Virus record (IMG/VR): IMGVR_UViG_3300032782_000008
Origin: an uncultured virus (IMG/VR IMGVR_UViG_3300032782_000008)
Taxonomy: Duplodnaviria; Heunggongvirae; Uroviricota; Caudoviricetes
DNA length: 64,000 nucleotides
Direction: 5' to 3' (one strand)
In this document: piece by piece, positions 1-9,724 of the stretch
Layout of the letters: every line of letters begins with the position of its first letter
How positions within the stretch are numbered: the stretch's first letter is position 1
Made by a program: the position numbers and the translations under genes
The notes under the pieces: model-generated
Database searches by the model: none
What the model was told of the DNA's origin: nothing
Seen by the model: the letters and a program-made list of their open reading frames with translations, nothing else

Positions 1-79
1 AAATCGGTCGCCGACGTGCACGCGGCCACACCCTCGTCGAGCAGCTCGCTCACTTCCTCGATCACGTCTTCCCCGTCCA

Positions 80-274
80 TCATCGACCTCGCATCGTGCC
101 GATGATGTAGCCTGTAATGTAGTCAGCAACTTCATTGACAGGCACGCCACCCCAGCCCGTAACCATCTTTCGCTCATCGAGAGCGAGGAGAAACGCCAAA
201 ACCTCGTGCTGTAGGTTTCTCGTTTTGAGAATCGATTCGGCGATTGTTTTCTCGGACATATCGGCTTTCGGCAT
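80..274 (-). CDS. hypothetical protein
   Basis: ATG at 274 overlaps the upstream stop; begins MPKADMSE. Confidence 0.5.
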   Translation of the reverse strand: MPKADMSEKTIAESILKTRNLQHEVLAFLLALDERKMVTGWGGVPVNEVADYITGYIIGTMRGR

Positions 275-600
275 CACAGCACCTTCACTTCCTTCCTCTC
301 GTCCGACCACTCCAATTCCTTCAGGGCTTGCCGCTGGAAGTGCATACGGACCCTCTGTATGAGGCGCCAGAACCAATTCCGCGGCTCGATCGGGCGGAAC
401 GTGACGCGCCCGGCGTACTCCGGCAGCGCGCTCTCGGGCATTTTCTCACCCTTCTCGTTGAGAAAGACCACGTCCACGTACTTGCCGTCGTAGCGCATCG
501 TATCGCGCATGCGCCCGCTCTTCGTGAGCCGAAAGCGCATCTTGTACTTCGGCGTGTAGATGACGAGGCGGTCGTCCTTCACTGCGACTTTGATCAGCAC
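274..600 (-). CDS. hypothetical protein
   Basis: GTG start at 600 overlaps the end of the upstream gene; begins VLIKVAVKDD. Confidence 0.55.
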   Translation of the reverse strand: MLIKVAVKDDRLVIYTPKYKMRFRLTKSGRMRDTMRYDGKYVDVVFLNEKGEKMPESALPEYAGRVTFRPIEPRNWFWRLIQRVRMHFQRQALKELEWSDERKEVKVL

Positions 601-848
601 AGCTTGGCCTCGCCGTTGCGGAGCAGATCGATCAGCTGCTCTTTGGTGAGAATCTCCAGCGGCGCATCTTTGAACGAGACCCAGCCCACAACGGCGTAGT
701 CCCCGTAACCCAGCCACGTGTTAGAGTTCGCCATTCTCCACTCGCCGAGATACGCCTCCGCGAACATGACGCTGCCCTTCTTCAGGAGCACGACGCACGG
801 TTGCCCAGCGAACGGCTTCTTCTCACGCTCCCATTCCCACTCCATCAC
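594..848 (-). CDS. small phage-type hypothetical protein
   Basis: 84-aa Trp-rich ORF coupled to the methyltransferase stop. Confidence 0.55.
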   Translation of the reverse strand: MMEWEWEREKKPFAGQPCVVLLKKGSVMFAEAYLGEWRMANSNTWLGYGDYAVVGWVSFKDAPLEILTKEQLIDLLRNGEAKLC

Positions 849-2080
849 AGCACCTCGATCTCAGGCAGCGGAAAGATCACGCGACCGCCGGCCGCCCGGT
901 ACTCGGTCAGCTTCTCGAAGATGCCCGTCTTGAAGTGCCAGGGCAGAACGAGCAGGTAGTCGGGCATATCCTTCATCAGCTGCGCCTCCGGGACGATGGG
1001 AATGTTCGTGCCCGGGGTCACCCGCCCGAACTTATCCTCGTTCACCTCGTAGACGCGACCGATAATGTCTGCTGACAGCCCGCAATACTGCAGGAGCACG
1101 TTGCCCTTGGTCGACGCGCCGTAGCAAGAAATACGATTTCCGTCTTGTACAAGAAAACCAACGAGCCCGCGCAGATCGTCGCGGTGCTTTCGCACGTGAT
1201 TTTCGAATTCCAAATACGGACGTAGTGTGTCGAGATCCGTTCGCTGTTCTTGAGCGATGAGCCATTCGACGACGGCCTCGTTCGCAGCGTATCGACGAGT
1301 AAGATTTTCCTGATTGTTTTTGCATGCCGTGACGGCGATGCTGCCGCCATTGACCGCGTTCATCGACACGTCGACGATGCGCATGTCGGCCACCTCCAAG
1401 ATGTGCCTGATGACGCCGAGCGAGTAGAACTCCAGGTGCTCGTGGCAGATGGCGTCGTAGGCCCCCGTGCGCAGCATCGACGGCATGTAGTGCTGCTCGA
1501 AGTGCCACAGGCCATCGTCGGCGAGCACGGAGGCGACGTCGCGAGCGAACGCGATCGGGTCCTCGAGATCGTAGAACATCGCGATGGAGGTGACGAGTTT
1601 GGGCTTGTACCTATCTGCGAAAAACGCTGTATTAGTCGAAAAGAATGATGGGACAGTGATGATTTCTTTATCATAATACTGCTTGAACTTCTCGATCGTT
1701 GGGTCCATGCCGATGCGCGCGAGGCTGTTCGGAAACGCGTTCAAGAACGTGCCGTCGTTGCTGCCAATATCGAGCACGACGTGTCCGGGCTGCAGATGAG
1801 CAGCCCATGCCAGACTATTCGCCTTTTCCCGCAGGTGCTTGACCATCGACGCGTTCAAGCCCGAGCGGTAGCCGTAGTTCGCGCCGTACATCTCCGATGG
1901 CGAGTACGACTGCTTGAGCTGAAGCAGCGTGCACTTCTGGCACCAGACGAGGTCGAGCGGCCCAGATGGCACGGTCTCGCCGGGCATCGGGAACACGCCC
2001 GTGAGCGCCTGCTCACCGAGCGACAACACGTGGCGCAGCTGGTTAGACTTGCAGACGCGGCACTTCACGATCTCGGTCAT
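845..2080 (-). CDS. NDP-hexose C-methyltransferase (Zn-binding N-terminus, class I SAM domain, C-methyltransferase C-terminus)
   Basis: CRVC...CQKC Zn site, YGYRSG, VLDIGSNDG SAM motif, YDAICHEH, YGASTKGN, LPWHF. Confidence 0.9.
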   Translation of the reverse strand: MTEIVKCRVCKSNQLRHVLSLGEQALTGVFPMPGETVPSGPLDLVWCQKCTLLQLKQSYSPSEMYGANYGYRSGLNASMVKHLREKANSLAWAAHLQPGHVVLDIGSNDGTFLNAFPNSLARIGMDPTIEKFKQYYDKEIITVPSFFSTNTAFFADRYKPKLVTSIAMFYDLEDPIAFARDVASVLADDGLWHFEQHYMPSMLRTGAYDAICHEHLEFYSLGVIRHILEVADMRIVDVSMNAVNGGSIAVTACKNNQENLTRRYAANEAVVEWLIAQEQRTDLDTLRPYLEFENHVRKHRDDLRGLVGFLVQDGNRISCYGASTKGNVLLQYCGLSADIIGRVYEVNEDKFGRVTPGTNIPIVPEAQLMKDMPDYLLVLPWHFKTGIFEKLTEYRAAGGRVIFPLPEIEVL

Positions 2081-2173
2081 TTATCTACCTCGAATGAAAA
2101 AGAACCAAACGACGCTCGCGAAAAGGAGACAACCAATAGTGATCGTCAGCGTATAGATGAGCGTGTCGTCCAT
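2081..2173 (-). CDS. 30-aa single-pass membrane peptide
   Basis: MDDTLIYTLTITIGCLLFASVVWFFFIRGR exactly fills the gap between neighbouring genes. Confidence 0.5.
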   Translation of the reverse strand: MDDTLIYTLTITIGCLLFASVVWFFFIRGR

Positions 2174-3085
2174 CTACGGTCTCTCCAAGAGCTTGGCGAA
2201 CGACGCCAGGTGGCTATCGATGCAGAACTCGGTGTTGTGCGTGCTGGCGATCGACGCCAAGTTGCTCGACGGCTCCCACGTGAGCGCGCCTTCGAGCTTC
2301 TTCACGTACTCGTCGGCGTTCTCCTGCGTAAGTGTCGGCAGCGGCACGTAGTGGTAGTAGGGACACAGCGGCCAGGCATCGGCTCCTCGACCGCTGAGGC
2401 ACTCGATGGCCATCGTGACCCCGAGCGGCAGTTCGTGCCAGATGCGGTGCGTGGAGAACGAAGTCACGTCCGCATGCGCGACGTAGACCGAGACCTTGGT
2501 GCGCACCAGGAGGCCGTAGAGCGCGTCGCCGTACACGCCCTCGGCAATGACGAGCCGGTCGCCGAGCTTCTCCTTGAGGAGCGGCAATGCCCAACGACGC
2601 TTGCCGGACATCGAACCGTAGAAGAGAAAGTCGATGTCCTTTGTCGTCCAGCGCGCGCTTTCAGGCACCTGCCCGTTATCGAGCCCAGCCGGCACGACGC
2701 CCACGGGCTTGTTGAAGCCCATTTCCTTCAGCTCGGCCAAGATCTGGTCACACATCTCGGGTGTGTGGGCGATCACGCCGTCGAGCCAGGGGGCGATCTG
2801 GAAGAACGCGCGCTTGTATGCTCGGTGGTCCGCGCTCATGGCGGACTCAGGCGCGAACGGCTCAGTGTAGACGAACGCGACCTTGTTCCGACGTGCAGTT
2901 CGAAGAACTTGCTGGTACGGGCGCTGATAACAAACGAAGAAGTCGCCCTCACCGCGAACAATCTCCTGCTCACCGTCAGCGCCCATCACCACACGCACGT
3001 CATCCCTTCTCTCGGCTACCCGACGGTATGCCTCAGTCAGCTCGGCGAACGCCGGCGAGTTCGGCATCAAGAACGTGTAACGCAT
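2174..3085 (-). CDS. GT-B glycosyltransferase (Glyco_trans_1_2/CgeB-like)
   Basis: KDIDFLFYGSMSGKRRWAL...GVYGDAL motif; ATG 3085 coupled to the upstream stop. Confidence 0.7.
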   Translation of the reverse strand: MRYTFLMPNSPAFAELTEAYRRVAERRDDVRVVMGADGEQEIVRGEGDFFVCYQRPYQQVLRTARRNKVAFVYTEPFAPESAMSADHRAYKRAFFQIAPWLDGVIAHTPEMCDQILAELKEMGFNKPVGVVPAGLDNGQVPESARWTTKDIDFLFYGSMSGKRRWALPLLKEKLGDRLVIAEGVYGDALYGLLVRTKVSVYVAHADVTSFSTHRIWHELPLGVTMAIECLSGRGADAWPLCPYYHYVPLPTLTQENADEYVKKLEGALTWEPSSNLASIASTHNTEFCIDSHLASFAKLLERP

Positions 3086-4152
3086 CAGGCACACTCCTCG
3101 ACGGCCTGCGCGACCTTCTCCAACTCCTCGCTCGTGAGCCACCACCCGATCGGGATGGCGACCTCGTGCGCGGCGAAGTAGTCGAGGCCGGGCAGCTCGC
3201 CGCCGCTGTAGCCGCGGAAGGCTGGGTGTTTGTCGTTGCGCGTGTGCACGGGGCTGCACTCGACGCCCCTGAACTTCATTTTCTCGATGAATTCGTCGCG
3301 ATTGTCGACGATGATGGTGTAGAGCCACCACGAGCAGTAATCGGCCAACGGAGGCGTGACGACAAAGACTTTTCTCTCCTTGAGTCGAATCGTCATCCAC
3401 ACCGCGTTGCAGGTTTGCTGGTACACGTTGTGTGCCGCGCGCGCCAAATTCGCCAACCCGATCGCAGCGGCGACGTCGTTCATGTGGTACTTGTAGCCCG
3501 CCTCCTCGATCGTCTGCGCGCAGCGGAACGAGTCGCCCTTGGTGCGGTCGAGTCCGTACCAGCGAAGGAGCTTGGCGCGGTCGTATTCCCATGGCGGAAC
3601 ATACAAAGCCCCGCCATCAGCCGTTGTGAGGTACTTGATAGCCTGGAATGACCAGGCGATCATATCCCCCCGCGCTGCGCGACCATCAGGCCCATAGTGG
3701 TGCGCAGCGTCCTCGATCACGGGCACACCGTGATATTTCAATGGCCTGAAGTCACACAGCCGACCTGCCCAGTCGACAGCGATGATGGCCTTGGTCTTGT
3801 TCGTGACCTTGCGAGCGACGTCCGCCGGGTCGATGCAGCCGGTGTAGCGATCGACGTCGCACCAGACGATCTTGGCCCGCCGGTTCACCAGCATCGTGTT
3901 GGTCGCCGTGCAGGTCATGGCTGTGGTCAGCACCTCGTCCCCAGGCCCGACGTCGCACAGGTGCAGCGCCAAATCGATGGCGGACGTGCAGCTGTTGGTC
4001 GTCAACACCTTGCGCCCGAGCGCGTCGGGAGTCTCGAGCGCCTTCTCGAACTCGTCCACCTTCGGCCCTTGCCCGATGTAGCCGCTGTCGAACACGGCCG
4101 CGACGGCTTCCTTGGCGAGCGAGGACATCGCCACCTTGAACAAGCGGATCAT
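3085..4152 (-). CDS. DegT/DnrJ/EryC1/StrS PLP-dependent sugar aminotransferase
   Basis: SCTSAIDLAL, IEDAAH, SFQAIKYLTTADGG (PLP lysine), GYKYHMNDVAAAIG. Confidence 0.95.
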   Translation of the reverse strand: MIRLFKVAMSSLAKEAVAAVFDSGYIGQGPKVDEFEKALETPDALGRKVLTTNSCTSAIDLALHLCDVGPGDEVLTTAMTCTATNTMLVNRRAKIVWCDVDRYTGCIDPADVARKVTNKTKAIIAVDWAGRLCDFRPLKYHGVPVIEDAAHHYGPDGRAARGDMIAWSFQAIKYLTTADGGALYVPPWEYDRAKLLRWYGLDRTKGDSFRCAQTIEEAGYKYHMNDVAAAIGLANLARAAHNVYQQTCNAVWMTIRLKERKVFVVTPPLADYCSWWLYTIIVDNRDEFIEKMKFRGVECSPVHTRNDKHPAFRGYSGGELPGLDYFAAHEVAIPIGWWLTSEELEKVAQAVEECA

Positions 4153-4158
4153 GTCCGT

Positions 4159-4347
4159 TTACTCCTTGACGCCCGGAATGGCGGCGCAGAGAGCCATCCA
4201 CCGAGCGAACCCGGTGGGAGTCATGTTCGCAGCCGCGGCTCGTTTGCGAATGGCGACCCGTTCGATTTTGTTGAGAGGGATGTTGAGGATCAGAGTACGA
4301 CGAACACTAGGAGGAAGCTTCTTCTTTGCCATGGCGATAGGATGCAC
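4159..4347 (-). CDS. small basic ribbon-helix-helix-like DNA-binding protein
   Basis: LNIPLNKIERVAIRKRAAAANMTPTGFARWMAL pattern. Confidence 0.5.
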   Translation of the reverse strand: MHPIAMAKKKLPPSVRRTLILNIPLNKIERVAIRKRAAAANMTPTGFARWMALCAAIPGVKE

Positions 4348-4371
4348 ATAACGTGTGCATCCGTCAAGCCA

Positions 4372-4827
4372 TCACTCCTTGACAAGAATGATCCCGTCGA
4401 AGAACTTGCCGATGACCGTGTAGCCGGCCTTGCGTGCCGCCGAGAGCGAAGCGAGATTTGTTTGCAGCACGACCGCATAGACCGCCTCGCCGGCGCGCTC
4501 GTGCATGTCGTAGTAGATGCTCGTTCCGTAACCGAACCCTCGATGTGCCGGTGCCACCGCCAAACTGATATACAACCCTTCACTCTTGCGGTTGAGGATG
4601 CCGTAGCCGACGATCTCAGCGTCGTCTCGGCGACGGTAGATGATCGGCAGAAAGTCCTTGCCAATGACTTTGCGCTGCTCCCGCCACCACTTAAGCTGCT
4701 CGCGTGGAGAAATCTCGACCTGCGTGCCGGTCATGAACATGCGCCCGAGGTTGCGGATGCGGCGCAGCGCTTCAACCTCCTCTTCGGAGTCGACGACTGC
4801 ACCGAAGATCTCGCTTTCAGCACTCAC
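4372..4827 (-). CDS. GNAT N-acetyltransferase (PseH-like sugar acetyltransferase candidate)
   Basis: LRRIRN...EQLKWW, AVAPAHRGFGYG acetyl-CoA motif, NLASL..ARKAGY. Confidence 0.85.
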   Translation of the reverse strand: MSAESEIFGAVVDSEEEVEALRRIRNLGRMFMTGTQVEISPREQLKWWREQRKVIGKDFLPIIYRRRDDAEIVGYGILNRKSEGLYISLAVAPAHRGFGYGTSIYYDMHERAGEAVYAVVLQTNLASLSAARKAGYTVIGKFFDGIILVKE

Positions 4828-5035
4828 GTGAGTTTTTATCCTTTTCTACTGCTTTCAAAAATTCAGCTGCTGATTTATCCGTGAAGCCTGTGTATATGCC
4901 TCCCACAAACGAAAGAATTGCTTCATAAGCTTTTTCCGTATTTGTTTCTTCTACTTGTAATTCTTTGTAAATCAGTTGCAGTACGTTCTGTAATCGGGCT
5001 TTGGCAATATCGCTTAATTCGTATTTGATGCTCAC
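4817..5035 (-). CDS. AT-rich hypothetical protein
   Basis: GTG at 5035 overlaps the phosphatase stop; 72 aa. Confidence 0.5.
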   Translation of the reverse strand: MSIKYELSDIAKARLQNVLQLIYKELQVEETNTEKAYEAILSFVGGIYTGFTDKSAAEFLKAVEKDKNSREC

Positions 5036-5553
5036 GGCAACGACTCCAGATATTCGCGGAAGGTGTCGTTCGTGAGCGCATTGGGACGCGCCAGGCGCAC
5101 GCGCTCGACGGCCTCTTTGCCGGTGAGCCCGTAACGCTTCATCAACACCAACCCCGAGATGAGTCCACTGCGGTTGCGCCCGGCCGAGCACGTCGACAAG
5201 ATCGTTTTGCCGTTACGCAGATGACCGGCCAATTTGTCGGCTACGCCGCGTGCGATCTTGACGATGGCGTCGAGCTTGGCGGGGTCATCCGTGTCCTTGA
5301 ACGGGCACAAGATGAGGCTCAGGTGCGGACAGTCGCGCTTGATGTTCGCGAGCCCTTCTTGGTCCGGCTGCGTCTCGTCGGAGGCAAGCGAAACCACGTC
5401 CACGTCAACGTGCTTCATCTGCTCGATGAACGGCATGGGAAAGCCACTCTGCCAATGCCGGTCGGCAATCTTGAACGCGGGTGCTCCGAAGAAGTCTCGC
5501 AAGATCACGTCGAACCCCTCTCCCCTGTCCACGTCGTCAACTGCAGCGGCCAC
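5032..5553 (-). CDS. dual-specificity/tyrosine phosphatase family protein
   Basis: CX5R loop TCSAGRNRSG, followed by EAVERVRLARPNALTNDTF. Confidence 0.85.
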   Translation of the reverse strand: MAAAVDDVDRGEGFDVILRDFFGAPAFKIADRHWQSGFPMPFIEQMKHVDVDVVSLASDETQPDQEGLANIKRDCPHLSLILCPFKDTDDPAKLDAIVKIARGVADKLAGHLRNGKTILSTCSAGRNRSGLISGLVLMKRYGLTGKEAVERVRLARPNALTNDTFREYLESLP

Positions 5554-5753
5554 TCAGTCATCTCGGCGACCGCCACCAAACTCAACCACGACAAGATGCT
5601 AGCGTTCAGCTCACGCCGCTGCGCAACGAAGCTCTTGCACGGGTAGTCATCAGGCACGAACGCGGCGCAGTCGCAGACATCTCCCGTCGAGTATACGTGG
5701 CGACACGGGCCGCCAGAGTGCTCCATCGGCGAATGCCCACAGTCGCCGCACAC
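5505..5753 (-). CDS. small Cys/His zinc-finger protein
   Basis: CGDCGH...H...C...CDCAAF. Confidence 0.55.
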   Translation of the reverse strand: MCGDCGHSPMEHSGGPCRHVYSTGDVCDCAAFVPDDYPCKSFVAQRRELNASILSWLSLVAVAEMTEWPLQLTTWTGERGST

Positions 5754-6053
5754 TCAATCGTCTCCGCGAGAATCGTTGGGAATGGCCGCGAGCGCACCCT
5801 TTTGCGTGCACGGCGCGCAGAGCCTCACGTCTGGACGCGCCACGGGCGAATACAGTCGCCGCTCGACGCCGCAGGTGCAAACACCCTCACCGACGTCTGC
5901 CCACGGCCCGTTGAAACCCTCGTAGCGCTCAACCGCACGCTCATAGCGTGTTTTCCACGAACCTCGACGCTTCGGTGCAGGTTCTGCCGTCAGTTCCGAC
6001 ACAGGTTCAGATGCGATCGGCGGAGCGTCCGCCTTCGTCTCCTCGCCGGCCAT
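5754..6053 (-). CDS. hypothetical protein with Cys pairs
   Basis: CTC...CAPC; start coupled to the upstream stop. Confidence 0.5.
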   Translation of the reverse strand: MAGEETKADAPPIASEPVSELTAEPAPKRRGSWKTRYERAVERYEGFNGPWADVGEGVCTCGVERRLYSPVARPDVRLCAPCTQKGALAAIPNDSRGDD

Positions 6054-6880
6054 CAATCGCGCATCTCGCACGAATGGACGATGCGAGCGATAGCTGGGTC
6101 ACCGTGGGCCTCCCAGAACGAACGCGCCTCGTCGATGTCATAGCCGGCGCTGCCGAGGTGCGGCGCGAGTCGGTCCGCCTCCAGCAGCGCCGCATAGTCG
6201 CCACGACGTGAGCAGAAGCCCAGATTCGACGTCGGCGTCGACCATGCTTGGCAATCGTAGACCCCAGCCTCGCGGTCGGTCTTCCCTGGCATGCCGTCCT
6301 TCCAGCCGGCGTACCGATGCTCGAGCAGCGTCAAGCTCGGCCGCGCCGAGATCAGGCGGTTGAGCACATCCTGGTCGACTCCGTGCTTCTGCCACGGCAC
6401 CGAACCCGCGAACGCGTACAGCTCGTCCATCGTCTTGATGCCCGACTGCGCGATGAACTTGTCGACGTTGAAGTGGCACAGGCCGCCCATGATGCCGATG
6501 TGAGCGACGTTGTCGTGACAGGTGCCGATCGCAGCTTCGCTCCTGATGAACTGGTCGCACACGACTCGGTCCCGTGGCATGGGCAGCGCATCGATGTCGC
6601 GGCAGAACACGTGTGAGACGCCGGGCTCGAACACCGGCGCGACCCGCCACAACATCGCCTTGGTGAGCGGCGCGGCGTCCCGCACGCGCATCTCGACGAG
6701 GTCCGCGGCGAAGAGCCGCAGCAGCAACGCTCCGTCATCGGTGTTCAGAAACTCGTCGTCGGTGTGGATGCGAACTTGCCAACCTTCACTACGAGGAAAG
6801 AGATTGCAGGCTGCGAGAGTGAACGTCGGCAGGTACTGCTGGTAGCGGTTTCCAAACAGTGCGGTTGAGTATACCTTCAC
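6053..6880 (-). CDS. GT-A-like glycosyltransferase
   Basis: MLWRVAP...VFCRDIDA (DxD), IMGGL, DQDVLN. Confidence 0.7.
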   Translation of the reverse strand: MKVYSTALFGNRYQQYLPTFTLAACNLFPRSEGWQVRIHTDDEFLNTDDGALLLRLFAADLVEMRVRDAAPLTKAMLWRVAPVFEPGVSHVFCRDIDALPMPRDRVVCDQFIRSEAAIGTCHDNVAHIGIMGGLCHFNVDKFIAQSGIKTMDELYAFAGSVPWQKHGVDQDVLNRLISARPSLTLLEHRYAGWKDGMPGKTDREAGVYDCQAWSTPTSNLGFCSRRGDYAALLEADRLAPHLGSAGYDIDEARSFWEAHGDPAIARIVHSCEMRD

Positions 6881-6894
6881 GATACCCCTGGCTC

Positions 6895-8571
6895 CTACTT
6901 CGTCGATTGCACCGAGTCTGCCTGATTGTAGAAGTAGAAGTAAAGGGGCTTGTCGCCGGTCGAGGCTTCTTTCTGCAACAAGGGTCGCAATCTCTTACTG
7001 AAATCCGCGTCCTCTCCGACGTTCGAATTATGAAACCCGACCTGCAGAGCGAGGTCGCGCCGGATTGGATTTAGGTGGTTAGGACACCTAAAATGAACCC
7101 CATCCTTCGTGTACCATCCCTCGTAAGCAATCGAGTGCCGGAACTCCTGCGGCTTCTCACCGTTGGTCGTGATAACGCCGACGAGCGATGCACAGTCGAC
7201 TGACAAGAGTGGACCGTAGTCCGGCGAAGTTACGGCGTCAGTAACTCGATCGACATAGTCGTGCGCAACCATATCGTCGTCATCTACGAACGCGACGTAG
7301 TAACCTCGCGCTTTCTTCAGGAGCGCTTGGCGTTTCTCACCAACCGTGATCTCCTCACGCTCGTCGATGATGATCTCGACATCCTGCCGCGTTCCCATCT
7401 GCGCATACAACGCATCCACTAAGCGCTCACGCAGCGCACGTCGTGCTGGAAGCGCGCAGATGAGAATCGACAACCAGCACGGAAGGACGGTGAAACCAGT
7501 TTGCGAATAGGACCACCTCATCTCGCGTCGCCGCTCGTATGTCGCTTTGTCCTCGGTCTCCAACGCGTCGTTGCGCGTATAGAGCGCATCCTTTTCGGCG
7601 CGATTCCAAATGTGGTGCCGGTGCTCGATAATTTTCTCGTCGACGTAGACAAGCCGGTTCATCGCCTTCAAGACATCAGTCTGTTCGCGATCGCAATACA
7701 ACGACTTGTACGCCGACTCATAGACGACGCCGAATTGTCCGTAGAGACGCCGACCCACGATCGGTAGCGTGCACAGGTTTGACTTCTGGAAGCCGTCGTT
7801 GAAGAAAATGGCGCCATCGTCGTGCGGCCAGGCAGCGCGCGACTCCTCGATCACGCGCAGCGCCCAACCTTCTTTGACCGGGACCATGTCGTCGGAGGCG
7901 AGCATGAGGATGTCCCAGTCCTGTACGCGACCGCCGTTGCATGCTTCGACCTTGCTGTGGTGCTCGCCGACGGTGACGATTGCGTCAAGCGCGTGCAACC
8001 GCTGCAGGATCTCGGCCCGCTCCATCGTCTCGTCGTCCACATCGACGATGACCTCGAGCGTGAACGCGCAGCCGGCCATCTCGCGGTACTGCTGGAGCAC
8101 CTGTACCGCCTGTTGTGGCCGGCCGCGGGTCGGGAAGCGCACCAGCAGCCGAGCGGCAGCTGCATTCTGCGACGTGGTCGAGCAGGTCGAGAGCGCTGGC
8201 AGCCCCGACTTCGGCTTCACGCGCGGTGCAGGTAGTCCCGGCCGGCGAGCCGCGACGAACACGAGCTTGTAGCCGGAGGTCTTGTTGCCGTCGGTCTGCG
8301 GCAGCACCGCCACCGACCAGCCGCCGGCCTCGTAGATTCGCTTGACCTCGTCGACCGCGCCTTGTGTACCGACGAGGTAGCCGTTGAACGCGACCGGCAA
8401 GTCGAACACGAACGCGTCACCGTTGAAGTGCTTGAAGATGTTGGCGTCGATGTTCGATTCGATGAAGTCTGCGCGGGCTTGATCGGTATCGTCGAGCGTC
8501 TTCGTGATGTGCTGCGCCTGAGCCCCCGAACGCTCCGCAGCGTGCGCGAGCGCCTCCTCAGCCGAGACCAT
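6895..8571 (-). CDS. tandem two-domain GT2-like glycosyltransferase with an extra N-terminal domain
   Basis: Domain 1 FPTRGRP...ASDDM; domain 2 LSILICAL...GEKRQ...AFVDDDD...GEDADF. Confidence 0.85.
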   Translation of the reverse strand: MVSAEEALAHAAERSGAQAQHITKTLDDTDQARADFIESNIDANIFKHFNGDAFVFDLPVAFNGYLVGTQGAVDEVKRIYEAGGWSVAVLPQTDGNKTSGYKLVFVAARRPGLPAPRVKPKSGLPALSTCSTTSQNAAAARLLVRFPTRGRPQQAVQVLQQYREMAGCAFTLEVIVDVDDETMERAEILQRLHALDAIVTVGEHHSKVEACNGGRVQDWDILMLASDDMVPVKEGWALRVIEESRAAWPHDDGAIFFNDGFQKSNLCTLPIVGRRLYGQFGVVYESAYKSLYCDREQTDVLKAMNRLVYVDEKIIEHRHHIWNRAEKDALYTRNDALETEDKATYERRREMRWSYSQTGFTVLPCWLSILICALPARRALRERLVDALYAQMGTRQDVEIIIDEREEITVGEKRQALLKKARGYYVAFVDDDDMVAHDYVDRVTDAVTSPDYGPLLSVDCASLVGVITTNGEKPQEFRHSIAYEGWYTKDGVHFRCPNHLNPIRRDLALQVGFHNSNVGEDADFSKRLRPLLQKEASTGDKPLYFYFYNQADSVQSTK

Positions 8572-8573
8572 GA

Positions 8574-8849
8574 CTACCCTCCGTTGTTGTCGTCTAGCTC
8601 GCCGAGGTCGCGCTTTTTGCGTTCAGCCATCATAGCGTCAGCGATCTGCCAGGCGCGCTCGGCGAGCTTCTCGGCAGACGGCGTGCCGCCGTTCAGATAC
8701 GACTCGACGCCCGTGCCGTCAACGAGATGCGGCCACTGCAGCAAAACACGCATCGCTGTCACAGCATAGTTGTCATACGCTTTGACCACGTCAGACGTGT
8801 GTGTCGCGACCACTAACTGTTCCGCCATCTGCTGCAATTCATCTCGCAT
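8574..8849 (-). CDS. phage-type hypothetical protein
   Basis: DNYAVTAM...LAERAWQIADAMMAERKK resembles a common small phage protein family. Confidence 0.6.
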   Translation of the reverse strand: MRDELQQMAEQLVVATHTSDVVKAYDNYAVTAMRVLLQWPHLVDGTGVESYLNGGTPSAEKLAERAWQIADAMMAERKKRDLGELDDNNGG

Positions 8850-9724
8850 CACGACTCCTCCAACGCTTTGTGCACGTTCTCGACGAAATCGATCTTGGAA
8901 AACTCCTCGAAACCGCGATCGGCGATGGCCCTGCGCTTGCGGACGTCGGCGACCAGCGACAAGCACGCGTCGACGATGTCGGCTCGCGGCACGTATGCGC
9001 ACGCGCGCTGCGCCAGCGATTCGAGCCCCGCATCAATGCCGCCTGCCTCAGTCACTACGCAGCGGCGATTCTCGAGCAGATGGCTCACCCGGAAGATCTC
9101 AAACACGCCACGGGGATAGAAATGCAAGTTGATGACGAGCTTGCTGCGCGCGATCCAGGCATCGCGCTCGTCACCGTAGACGTTGAAGAGCCGATGGACC
9201 TTGAGCCCGGCCTCGTCGAGCTTGTCGAGGATCTCGCGTCGAGGACCGGCCACCGATCCATAGAAGAGCACGTCGATGTCCTCGTCAGCTGGCGCCAGTC
9301 GTGCGATGCGGGGGCGATGCGGGCGAAAGAGGTGATCGTACTTGTCGCTGACGTAGCCGACCGGGCACAGCGACACGTTGGTCACGCCGATGGAGCGAAG
9401 CGCCTCGACGTTCGCCACTGCATAGTCCCAGATCTTGAAGCGGTTCTGCTGCGCGTAGCCTTGCAGAAAGTAGCGCGGGTCTTTAATCGCGGCGAGCTGC
9501 TCGGCGTTATAGATGATGGTGTCGTCGGGAATCGGATTCTCCGGGTGCTCCTCCAGGTTGTTGGCCCCGAAGAGAATCATGCGCCCGGTCGCGCCCGGTC
9601 CGGCGTACTCAACCACATGCCCGAGCGCGCGCAACGCCGCCGCCATCGAGCGCATGACCTCCATGAAGCACTGCGCATGTTGGTTGCGATTGAGGCTGAC
9701 GACACCGAGTTGGAACCTGGCCAT
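8849..9724 (-). CDS. GT-B glycosyltransferase
   Basis: IIYNAEQL, IWDY, EDIDVLFYGS, RDAWIARSKLVINLHFY, FEIFRVSHLL. Confidence 0.8.
   Translation of the reverse strand: MARFQLGVVSLNRNQHAQCFMEVMRSMAAALRALGHVVEYAGPGATGRMILFGANNLEEHPENPIPDDTIIYNAEQLAAIKDPRYFLQGYAQQNRFKIWDYAVANVEALRSIGVTNVSLCPVGYVSDKYDHLFRPHRPRIARLAPADEDIDVLFYGSVAGPRREILDKLDEAGLKVHRLFNVYGDERDAWIARSKLVINLHFYPRGVFEIFRVSHLLENRRCVVTEAGGIDAGLESLAQRACAYVPRADIVDACLSLVADVRKRRAIADRGFEEFSKIDFVENVHKALEES

Noticed and set aside
1781..3181. Long opposite-strand ORFs (also 3697..4884, 10605..12218, 30197..31375, 41032..42285, 57744..59378)
   Set aside because: Shadows of genes with clear motifs on the other strand; expected in high-GC DNA
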